Of a DNA stretch of 64,000 nucleotides, positions 50,945-59,130 are shown one piece after another. Position numbers and translations under genes: made by a program. The stretch lies in the NCBI GenBank assembly GCA_900617105.1, contig UYFQ01000001.1, forward strand, positions 3,968,001 to 4,032,000. The letters run 5' to 3'. Each line of letters starts with the position of its first letter. The first letter of the stretch is position 1. The stretch comes from Hydrurus foetidus. Its lineage: Eukaryota. Under the pieces are notes generated by a model. That model was not told where the DNA came from. It searched no databases and was given only the letters and a program-made list of their open reading frames with translations.

Positions 50945-52354
50945 ATGCAACTCAACCCTTCGATCTTCAAGGCTTACGACATACGCGGCGTCGTGCCTGC
51001 TGCGATCAATGAAGACATGGCTTTCTTGCTGGGCAAGGCATTTGGTGTGGCGGCCATTGCTGCCAAAGAAAAAACGGTTGCGGTTGGCCGTGATGGGCGT
51101 TTAAGCGGCCCGGCGCTGGCTGCGGCGTTGATGCGCGGGCTGGTCGCCAGCGGTGTTGACGTGATTGACGTGGGCATGGTCACCACGCCTATGCTGTACT
51201 TTGCTGCCAACACACTGTGCACATCAGGCATTCAGGTCACGGGCAGCCACAACCCGAAGGACTACAACGGTTTCAAAATGGTATTGGCAGGCCGTGCCAT
51301 TTATGGCGACGAAATACAAGCGTTGCGCCACGCGATGGTCAATGATGGTTTGGCTGCGCAGTTGCTCGGCAGCGCAACACCGCAGGCAACTGACGGCAAG
51401 GTAACGCAACATGACGTAACTGCGGCCTACTCGGCACGCATTGCCAGTGACGTCAAGCTGGCACGCCCCATGAAGATCGTGATCGACTCTGGCAACGGCG
51501 TTGCAGGCAACTCGGCACCTGGTATTTTCAGAGCCTTGGGTTGCGAGGTGATTGAGCTTTTCAGTGAAGTCGACGGCAATTTTCCTAACCACCACCCCGA
51601 CCCCAGCAAGCCTGAGAATTTGACCGATTTGATAGCCGCACTAAAAACCAGCGGCGCTGAGCTGGGCCTGGCATTTGACGGCGACGGTGACCGGCTGGGC
51701 ATCGTCACGCAAGACGGCCAAAACATTTACCCTGACCGGCAAATGATGCTGTTTGCCCGCGACGTGCTTTCACGCGTGCCCGGCGGCACGATTGTGTTTG
51801 ACGTGAAATGCTCACAGCGCCTGGCGCCTGAAATTGCTGCCGCAGGCGGCGTACCGCTGATGTACAAAACCGGCCACTCGCTGATCAAAGCCAAAATGAA
51901 GGAAATAAATTCACCTTTGGGCGGCGAGATGAGCGGGCACATCTTTTTTAAAGAGCGCTGGTACGGGTTTGACGACGGCACCTATGCCGGAGCGCGCCTG
52001 CTTGAAATACTCAGCCGCTCAAAAGAGGCGAGCGCAGTGCTCAATGCGCTGCCAACCAGCTTTAGCACGCCTGAGCTGAACGTGTCTTGCAATGAAGGCG
52101 AACCGCATGCGCTGGTTGATGCTTTGTTGAAAACTTCTCACTTTGCGCCGCCAGCTGTAATCAATAGCATCGACGGGATTCGAGTTGATTGGCCAGACGG
52201 CTTTGGTTTGATTCGCGCATCTAACACCACGCCGGTGCTGGTGCTGCGCTTTGAAGGCCACACCCAGGAAGCCCTGCACCGCATTGAGGCCGACATGTGG
52301 GCGCTGCTGCGCACGGTGAAGCCCGATGCCGGCGTTGCGGCTGCCAGTCATTGA
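50945..52354 (+). CDS. Phosphomannomutase/phosphoglucomutase (AlgC-like)
   Basis: FKAYDIRG, TGSHNP, FDGDGDR, GEMSGH, RASNT. Confidence 0.94.
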   Translation: MQLNPSIFKAYDIRGVVPAAINEDMAFLLGKAFGVAAIAAKEKTVAVGRDGRLSGPALAAALMRGLVASGVDVIDVGMVTTPMLYFAANTLCTSGIQVTGSHNPKDYNGFKMVLAGRAIYGDEIQALRHAMVNDGLAAQLLGSATPQATDGKVTQHDVTAAYSARIASDVKLARPMKIVIDSGNGVAGNSAPGIFRALGCEVIELFSEVDGNFPNHHPDPSKPENLTDLIAALKTSGAELGLAFDGDGDRLGIVTQDGQNIYPDRQMMLFARDVLSRVPGGTIVFDVKCSQRLAPEIAAAGGVPLMYKTGHSLIKAKMKEINSPLGGEMSGHIFFKERWYGFDDGTYAGARLLEILSRSKEASAVLNALPTSFSTPELNVSCNEGEPHALVDALLKTSHFAPPAVINSIDGIRVDWPDGFGLIRASNTTPVLVLRFEGHTQEALHRIEADMWALLRTVKPDAGVAAASH

Positions 52355-52369
52355 GCTGACTGATCGTTG

Positions 52370-53365
52370 ATGCGGGTTTTGATTGTCAAACTGTCGTCGC
52401 TGGGCGACGTGGTGCATACGCTGCCGGTGGTGCAAGACATGTTGAGCGCACTGCCTGACGCGCAGATTGACTGGGTGGTTGAAAAAGCTTTTGCGCCGCT
52501 CCTCAAGCAGGTACAAGGCTTGAGCCGAGTCATTCCGTGCGAGCTGCGGCGCTGGCGCAAATCATGGTGGGCAGCACAAACGCGGCGAGAGTGGCGGGCA
52601 TTTAAAACTGACTTGCAAACCAATAGCTACGACGCCATCATTGACCTGCAAGGCTTGACCAAATCTGCCGTGGTAGCGCGCACTGCCAAGCTGACATCTG
52701 CGGGCAAACGCTACGCTATGGCCAACCAAACCGATGGCTCAGCTTACGAAGCGCCAACCCGCTGGGTGGCCGATGTACCGATTGCGCTGGACAGGCATTT
52801 GCATGCTGTGGCGCGCGGCAGGCAGCTGGTTGCAACTGCTTTGGGTTACAGCGCTGAATTGCCCAAAAAGGTGCTTGATTACGGCTTAAATGTGCCTATA
52901 GCCCAATTAATACGGGCGCGAGCAGCTCCTAAAAATATAGCGTTTATTCATGGCACATCACGTGCCGACAAGCAGTGGCCGCTGCAAAACTGGATAGAAC
53001 TGGGCCAGCGCTGTGTGGCCCAGGGTAGCCACATCACGCTGGTGCACGGCGGCGCACAAGAGCTGGCCACCAGCCAGGCGATAGCAAAGCAATTGGGCAG
53101 CAACTGCACCGTTTTGCCTTTACTTGCCCTCGACGCTTTGGCCGAGGCACTTGGCCGCTGCACAGGCGCAATCGGTGTCGACAGCGGCGTTAGCCACATT
53201 GCAGTGGCGCTGGGTTTGCCACATGTGCAAATTTATAACTTTGACACTGCCTGGCGCACAGGGCCGCTGGGTTGCAGCCAACAGGTCAGCGTGTTTGCCC
53301 AGCCTCATCCGTCTGTTGATGTGGTGTGGCAGGCTTGGCTGCAATCTGAAAGCGCTTTACCGTGA
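52370..53365 (+). CDS. waaC: LPS heptosyltransferase I
   Basis: KLSSLGDVVH, DLQGL, HGTSR, GVDSG..H. Confidence 0.9.
   Translation: MRVLIVKLSSLGDVVHTLPVVQDMLSALPDAQIDWVVEKAFAPLLKQVQGLSRVIPCELRRWRKSWWAAQTRREWRAFKTDLQTNSYDAIIDLQGLTKSAVVARTAKLTSAGKRYAMANQTDGSAYEAPTRWVADVPIALDRHLHAVARGRQLVATALGYSAELPKKVLDYGLNVPIAQLIRARAAPKNIAFIHGTSRADKQWPLQNWIELGQRCVAQGSHITLVHGGAQELATSQAIAKQLGSNCTVLPLLALDALAEALGRCTGAIGVDSGVSHIAVALGLPHVQIYNFDTAWRTGPLGCSQQVSVFAQPHPSVDVVWQAWLQSESALP
52889..52941 (-). repeat. Repeat copy R14, in frame within waaC (antisense)
   Basis: Reverse complement GCTATATTTTTAGGAGCTGCTCGCGCCCGTATTAATTGGGCTATAGGCACATT; gene reads NVPIAQLIRARAAPKNIA. Confidence 0.92.
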
Positions 53366-54696
53366 GTGCTTTGTTGCTCCGTTTGTATTCGGCCGCAATG
53401 CGCCTGGCCCAGCCGCTGCTGCGTCGCAAAATGGCGCGGCGAGCCGTACAAGAGCCTGGTTATGCCGAGGCAATTGATGAACGCTTCGGGCGCTACACCC
53501 AGCCGCGCGAAACCGCTTCAAACCTGGTGTGGCTGCACGCCGTGTCGCTGGGCGAAACCCGTGCTGCTGCCATCTTGCTAAAAGCGCTGCGGGCGCGTGA
53601 CCCCGGCTTGCGCGTGTTGCTAACGCACGGCACCGCTACGGGCCGTGCCGAGGGCAGGGCGCTGTTGCAGCCCGGCGATGTGCAGGTGTGGCAACCGTGG
53701 GACACCCATGCAGTCGTGGAGCATTTTTTTGAACATTTCAAGCCGCGCTTGGGCTTGCTGATGGAAACCGAGGTCTGGCCCAGCCTGGTGGCAAGCGCGC
53801 ATGCACGCGGCATACCGCTGGTGCTGGTCAATGGCAGGTTGTCTGAAAAGTCATTGCAGCAAGCCTTGCGCCTGTCGCCACTGGCCCGCCCAGCCTACGG
53901 CGTGTTGACGGCGGTGTACGCGCAAACCGAGAGCGACGCCGCGCGTTACCGGCAATTAGGTGCGCATGTTGCCGGTGTGTTTGGAAACCTTAAATTTGAT
54001 GCCCAGCCCGACCCTGCTCAGCAGGCGTTGGCCAAGGCGTGGCGAGAATCGTGGCCGCAGCAAATGCGTCAGCCGGTGGTCATGCTGGCCAGCTCGCGGG
54101 AAGGCGAAGAAGCCCTTTTTTTAGAGCAAATAAAGCTCTTTGCCCAACAAATACGGGCGCGAGCAGCTATTAATTCAACAGTACCGAAGTGGCTCATCGT
54201 GCCGCGCCATCCGCAGCGTTTTGATGAAGTGGCGGCGTTGGCTGCGCAATCCGGGCTGTCGGTGTCGCGCCGTTCAAGCTGGCCAGGCAGCCCCGCCCAA
54301 AGTGCTGATGCGTTGCAGGCCGATGTGTGGCTGGGCGATTCGCTCGGCGAAATGGCGCTTTACTATTGCCTGGCTGATGTAGCGCTGCTGGGCGGTAGTT
54401 TTGAAAAGCTCGGTGGTCAAAACTTGATTGAAGCAGCAGCTGCGGGTTGCCCCGTGGTGATGGGACCGCATACTTTTAATTTTGCTGAAGCTGCGCAGTT
54501 GGCCGTCGAAAGCGGTGCTGCTTTCAGTTGCGCCGACATCAGCGGCGCTGTTGCGTTTGCTCTTCAATTAGTAGCTGATGAACCAGCACTAGCAAGTGCC
54601 AGCCTGGCTGCAGCGGCATTTTCATCGAACCACCAAGGGGTAACTGAGCGGTATGCTGGCGCGCTAGCTGCCTTCCTTGAGCCCAGTGCCGCTTAA
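53362..54696 (+). CDS. waaA: 3-deoxy-D-manno-octulosonic acid (Kdo) transferase
   Basis: WLHAVSLGE, ETEVWP, GNLKFD, VPRHPQRF, GGQNLIEAA. Confidence 0.95.
   Translation: MSALLLRLYSAAMRLAQPLLRRKMARRAVQEPGYAEAIDERFGRYTQPRETASNLVWLHAVSLGETRAAAILLKALRARDPGLRVLLTHGTATGRAEGRALLQPGDVQVWQPWDTHAVVEHFFEHFKPRLGLLMETEVWPSLVASAHARGIPLVLVNGRLSEKSLQQALRLSPLARPAYGVLTAVYAQTESDAARYRQLGAHVAGVFGNLKFDAQPDPAQQALAKAWRESWPQQMRQPVVMLASSREGEEALFLEQIKLFAQQIRARAAINSTVPKWLIVPRHPQRFDEVAALAAQSGLSVSRRSSWPGSPAQSADALQADVWLGDSLGEMALYYCLADVALLGGSFEKLGGQNLIEAAAAGCPVVMGPHTFNFAEAAQLAVESGAAFSCADISGAVAFALQLVADEPALASASLAAAAFSSNHQGVTERYAGALAAFLEPSAA
54130..54182 (-). repeat. Repeat copy R15, in frame within waaA (antisense)
   Basis: Reverse complement ACTGTTGAATTAATAGCTGCTCGCGCCCGTATTTGTTGGGCAAAGAGCTTTAT; gene reads IKLFAQQIRARAAINSTV. 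Confidence 0.9.
54559..54611 (+). repeat. Possible highly degenerate repeat copy R16 near the waaA 3' end
   Basis: GCTCTTCAATTAGTAGCTGAT matches only the first ~20 nt; same register (ALQLVADE). Confidence 0.35.
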
Positions 54697-54722
54697 CGAA
54701 ATGCAGTGTGGGCCAGCAGCGC

Positions 54723-55775
54723 TCAGCGTGCAGCCGAAGCCAGCGCTTTGGCCACCGCAGGCAGCGGAAAAAATCCACCGAGCTTGACCTGCGCATCACC
54801 CTGCGCCACAGCACTTTGAATAAACGGCAGCGCACTGGTGCGGCCCTTTTTCGGGGTAATGGGAACCAGCGCATACGGCACTACCGTCAATGGGTAAGCG
54901 CCCAGCCCGGCAGAACCGTCAAGATCCGCCGCGTTCGCGTCTTTTACCCACTGCGCCCGTTCCAGTGCTTCGCCGATAGATGCGGCGTTGGGCGCAATAC
55001 TTTTGCCGGAACTGTTGAGGAGTTCAGCAATCGATAAGCCTGCTTTTTGTGCAGCGCCCAGTGACTCATAACCGACTGCTCCGGGCGTTGTTTTAACCAA
55101 GTCCAGCAACGCCTGGCCACCTTTTGCGCTGCGGCCGGCTGTCAAACTCAAATTATTGGTGGGGCCAACTACCCGGCGCCACTTTGCATTGCCGCGAGAA
55201 AGATAAGTTGAAAACACGTGGGACTGGCCTGAACCATCTGCCCGCCAAATCGGCACGATGGCCCGGTTCGGCAGGGTAAGGCCCGGGTTGGCGCCAACGA
55301 TTTGCGCGTGATTCCACTGCGTGATGGTGCCTTGATAAATTTCAGCCAAAACGTCGCCATTGAGCTTGATCGTTTTTCCGCTCAATTCAGGCAGGTTCAC
55401 AATCACGGCCACTGCTGCGCCTGCTAACGGTATTTGCCGCAAACCCGCTTGGCGCAGGGCGACCGCCGTAAGCGCGACATCACTGACACCAAAATCGATG
55501 CTTTGCTCGGCTGCGCGAGACACACCTGCAGAAGAGCCTTGCGCTTCATAGCTAACCCCGCCAGAAGCCGGCCCAAACTGCGTAGCCCACCCGAACATCA
55601 GGTCTCGCACCAAGCTAGACCCCGCGCCGGTGACTTGAGCTTGCGCCGTACTGGCAAACGCTAGCAAGACGAGGCTACAGAAAGCGCCCGCCAGCCGTGA
55701 AGATGGGGCAGAACGTAGAAACGCGTCTGACGTTTTCGCTACGTTGGAAAAGCGCGACGTCAAGTAATAGGTCAT
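54723..55775 (-). CDS. Divergent PstS-like (PBP2) substrate-binding protein, stand-alone
   Basis: GAGSS, GSSAG, FGVSD, RADGSG, GAVGY, AYPL. Confidence 0.8.
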   Translation of the reverse strand: MTYYLTSRFSNVAKTSDAFLRSAPSSRLAGAFCSLVLLAFASTAQAQVTGAGSSLVRDLMFGWATQFGPASGGVSYEAQGSSAGVSRAAEQSIDFGVSDVALTAVALRQAGLRQIPLAGAAVAVIVNLPELSGKTIKLNGDVLAEIYQGTITQWNHAQIVGANPGLTLPNRAIVPIWRADGSGQSHVFSTYLSRGNAKWRRVVGPTNNLSLTAGRSAKGGQALLDLVKTTPGAVGYESLGAAQKAGLSIAELLNSSGKSIAPNAASIGEALERAQWVKDANAADLDGSAGLGAYPLTVVPYALVPITPKKGRTSALPFIQSAVAQGDAQVKLGGFFPLPAVAKALASAAR

Positions 55776-55862
55776 TCATGGGCAATCTGTTGTGGCGCAG
55801 CGCAGGTGCGCTGCGCGCTACTTCTAAAAGCTGTCAAGCTACTCGGGTGCAGAAACTCCAGC

Positions 55863-56441
55863 TTACAGGCGGCAGCCCAAAACGCCTTTTTTGGCGTTTT
55901 CAAAGTAGCCAGTATTGCCAGCGCATTCCAGCTTCTTTTCGGGCAGGGCGGTGCCGACTTTGGCGACGCAAGTGAAGGCTTGCGTTTTCTTGTTGACCGA
56001 TTTGGCGTCCAATTTCCAGCCTGCTGGGCAGCTGTTGGCTGCTACCTTGGCGGCCGAAGCGGCGGGTGCGGGTGCTGCCGCCGCGACTGGCGCTGCTGCA
56101 ATGACTTTGAGTTTGGTGCTTTGGTCTTTGCCGTTGCAGCGCAGGTGGCTAGTGACTTTTTCAGGCTTGACGGTGACTAAAAAGTCGCCCGGCTTGGTGT
56201 AGGTGTGGCTGATCAGGTACGGAATTTTTGTTGGCTTGTCAATTTTCAGCTCGTCGCCAATGCCATCGCCCCAGTCGATTCGCACGCCGCAAAACGTGTT
56301 GCCAGTGACTTCAAAATCAATCGTTGCCTTCACTGGCTGACCCACTGTGCCTTGCGGCGCGTCGAGTTTAAAGCCAGTCAGCGTTTGCGCCATGGAAGCG
56401 CTGCACACCAACGAGAGCAATAGGGCGGAAATGATTTTCAT
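55863..56441 (-). CDS. Exported PKD-domain, Cys-rich hypothetical protein
   Basis: Signal peptide, IDWGDG and HTYTKPGDF PKD pattern, C-terminal domain with 4 Cys. Confidence 0.7.
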   Translation of the reverse strand: MKIISALLLSLVCSASMAQTLTGFKLDAPQGTVGQPVKATIDFEVTGNTFCGVRIDWGDGIGDELKIDKPTKIPYLISHTYTKPGDFLVTVKPEKVTSHLRCNGKDQSTKLKVIAAAPVAAAAPAPAASAAKVAANSCPAGWKLDAKSVNKKTQAFTCVAKVGTALPEKKLECAGNTGYFENAKKGVLGCRL

Positions 56442-56540
56442 GAAAGTCCCCGGGTTGTCTTGTTTAAAGCGGTGTATTTTAGCTACGGCTTGGGGCAAAG
56501 TCGCAGTAAAAGTTACCCTTCGGCGGGTTGGCCGTGCGCT

Positions 56541-57881
56541 TTATTTGGCCAGAAGCGAATTAATTGGCAATAAATCGTCAGGCACCAGCGTGCCGTTGGC
56601 TTGGCGCAAGCGCAGCCCGCCTAGCAGCACGTCGTAGCGGGCTTTTGCCAAATCGCGCTTGGTTTGAAACAGCTGGCTTTGTGAATTGAGCACGTCGATA
56701 TTGATGCGTACGCCCACTTGGTAGCCTAGCTTGTTGGCGTCCAGCGCGCTTTGGCTCGAACGCTCGGCAGCTTCGAGTGCTTTGACCTGCCCGATACCAG
56801 ACTGCACGCCGAAGTAAGCAGTGCGCGTGGCCAGTGCAACCGAGCGGCGAGCGCCGTCGAGGTCGCTGCGGGCTTTGTCTTTTAACGACACCGTTTCTCG
56901 AATGCGGTTTTGTGTGGAGAACCCGGCGAACAACGGCAGGTTAAATGCCAAGCCAACGGTAGTGGTGTTGTTGCGCGAGGCAAAGGGGCTTGTGGCGCTG
57001 CCCGACGGGTTGCGATTCAAGTTGTGGCTGGCGGTTAAATCAAGCGTGGGCTTGTGGCCCGCTTCAGCCTTGGCAATTTCAAGCTCAGCCACTTCAAAAG
57101 CCGTTTGCGCCTGGCGAATACTGGGGTGTACCAACTCAGATTTTTCAACCCACGCGTTGACGTCTTGCGGCACCACGGCTGGCAAGTTGGCGGGCAAGCT
57201 CAAGGGTTTGGGCTGCGCGCCAGTAACGCCAGCAACGGTATCGAGCGCGAGTTTTTTCACCCGCACGTCGTTTTCGGCGGCAATTTCTTGCGCAATGACC
57301 AGGTCAAACCGGGCCTGCGCCTCACGCGTGTCAGTGATGGTTGAAGTACCGACTTCAAAATTTCTTTTGGCAGACGCCAGCTGCTCCGCCACAGCCGCTT
57401 TTTGGGCCTGTACAAACGCCAGGGTGTCTTGCGCCGCCAACGCGTCGAAGTAGGCCTGGCTCGTGCGTATCAGAAGGTCTTGCTGGGCAGCGTCGAGCAG
57501 CGCTTTGGCCGCATCAACTTGCTTGAAGCCTTGCTCATAAGTGGCCCAGTTCGCGGGCCGATACAGGGGTTGGCTGGCGTTGAGCGTGGCGGTTCGTGTG
57601 TTGTAAGTTCTGTCAATAACGGGCGCGCTGTTTTCAAAAGCACTTCGAGAGATACCCGCTGACAAACCTGCCGTTGGCAAAATGCCCGCTCTGGCTTGTT
57701 CAGCCTTAGCGAGGTTGGCGTCGTACTGCAATTTGGCAGATTGAAAATTGGCATCAAATGCGCGGGCAGCCTCGTAAATGTCCGCCAGACTTTGAGCGCG
57801 AGCTGCGCTGCTGGCGGCAAACAGCGCGGCTGCGGCTGCAATGGCAATCACGGTGCGAGCAGGCGTTTTTGGAGCGATCAT
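56541..57881 (-). CDS. tolC: TolC family outer membrane protein
   Basis: FEVG..TITD..EAQA, GHKPTLDL, GYQVGVR..IDVLN. Confidence 0.9.
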   Translation of the reverse strand: MIAPKTPARTVIAIAAAAALFAASSAARAQSLADIYEAARAFDANFQSAKLQYDANLAKAEQARAGILPTAGLSAGISRSAFENSAPVIDRTYNTRTATLNASQPLYRPANWATYEQGFKQVDAAKALLDAAQQDLLIRTSQAYFDALAAQDTLAFVQAQKAAVAEQLASAKRNFEVGTSTITDTREAQARFDLVIAQEIAAENDVRVKKLALDTVAGVTGAQPKPLSLPANLPAVVPQDVNAWVEKSELVHPSIRQAQTAFEVAELEIAKAEAGHKPTLDLTASHNLNRNPSGSATSPFASRNNTTTVGLAFNLPLFAGFSTQNRIRETVSLKDKARSDLDGARRSVALATRTAYFGVQSGIGQVKALEAAERSSQSALDANKLGYQVGVRINIDVLNSQSQLFQTKRDLAKARYDVLLGGLRLRQANGTLVPDDLLPINSLLAK

Positions 57882-57950
57882 GAAAAGACTTTCCTGAAAA
57901 TGGTGAAAGGCGAACATTGTTCAAAGTCGGTAAAAGTCATTAAAAGTACT

Positions 57951-58304
57951 TTAGTAGCTAGGCACGTTCGAGTCAATTTGCTGCGACCAGGCGTCGATGC
58001 CGCCGCTCAAGTTGACCACTGCCGTGAACCCATGATGCGCTAAAAAGTTGGCCACCTGCGCACTGCGAATACCGTGGTGGCACAAGCAGGCGACTGGGTG
58101 GTCAGCGGCGTAAGTTTGCTGCAGCTCGGCCAGGCGTGCCGGAATACTTTGCATGGGGATGGGCAACACCTCAAAACCATCGGCAATGACGGCGGCGGTT
58201 TGCAGCTCCCAGGGCTCGCGCACGTCCAGCACCAGCGGCACTGCGCTAACGCCGCTGGCCGCGCGCCATGCGGCAAAATCATCAAGGTCGAGCTGGGCGG
58301 TCAT
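57951..58304 (-). CDS. Rhodanese-like sulfurtransferase
   Basis: LDVREPWE, CHHGIRS, LSGGIDAW. Confidence 0.9.
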   Translation of the reverse strand: MTAQLDLDDFAAWRAASGVSAVPLVLDVREPWELQTAAVIADGFEVLPIPMQSIPARLAELQQTYAADHPVACLCHHGIRSAQVANFLAHHGFTAVVNLSGGIDAWSQQIDSNVPSY

Positions 58305-58353
58305 GCAGAAAAATGGAGTTGAATCGACTCAGGGAAAATTTAGAATTCAGTTT

Positions 58354-59046
58354 TTAAAACTGAAACCTGGACGGCTCGGCAAAATTAAGCAGCCGTGGTG
58401 CCACGGTGTCCCAAGCCTGCGTGGTGTGCCAGGCGGCCTCGCCCACCCGGGTGATCAAGGTTGCGCGCATCACGGGCTCGTCGCCCACGATAGCGCTCAA
58501 ACGCCCACCCATCTTCAGCAGGGTCAGCAGCTGCGGCGGCACAGAAGCCACAGAGCCGCTGAGCACAATCACATCAAACGGGCCGCCCAGCGCCAGCGCG
58601 CTTTCCGGGTTGCTGACAAGTGCAGCGCCGTCAGCGCAGCGCACTTCTGCGTTGTACACGCCTGCGTTGTGCAAATTGCGCTGCGCGGTGCCGGCCAATG
58701 CCGCATCAATTTCAAGCGCTAGCACTTGCTGGGCGCGGTGGCTAAGCAGGGCTGCCATGTAGCCTGAGCCGGCACCAATTTCCAGCACTTTTTCATGCTT
58801 TTGTACTGCCAGGTCTTGCAAAATACGCGCCTCGACTTTGGGCGACAGCATGCATTGGCCTGGGTCGTTGTCAGCTTGGTTGGACAGCGGAATTTCCAGG
58901 TCAGCAAAGGCCAGCGCCTGGTGGCCAGCAGGCACAAAATCCTCTCGCTTGACCAGCGCCAACAAGCTGAGCACATGGGTATCCAGCACTTCCCAAGGGC
59001 GGATCTGCTGCTCGATCATATTAAAGCGGGCTTGTTCGTAGTTCAT
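58354..59046 (-). CDS. pcm: Protein-L-isoaspartate O-methyltransferase family protein
   Basis: ARFNMIEQQIRPW, LEIGAGSGY, PFDVI. Confidence 0.88.
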   Translation of the reverse strand: MNYEQARFNMIEQQIRPWEVLDTHVLSLLALVKREDFVPAGHQALAFADLEIPLSNQADNDPGQCMLSPKVEARILQDLAVQKHEKVLEIGAGSGYMAALLSHRAQQVLALEIDAALAGTAQRNLHNAGVYNAEVRCADGAALVSNPESALALGGPFDVIVLSGSVASVPPQLLTLLKMGGRLSAIVGDEPVMRATLITRVGEAAWHTTQAWDTVAPRLLNFAEPSRFQF

Positions 59047-59130
59047 CGGGTGTCGGGTTAGAAAGAAATTAAAAATGCGATTAAAGCTGATGACAGGGGC
59101 TGAGTATGAGCGCCATGCGCGGGTGCGCGG

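Noticed and set aside
52144..52168. GCGCCGCCAGCTGTAATCAATAGC in the phosphomannomutase gene resembling the repeat
   Set aside because: The core is 2 nt too short and the sequence encodes the approach to the conserved IDG motif.
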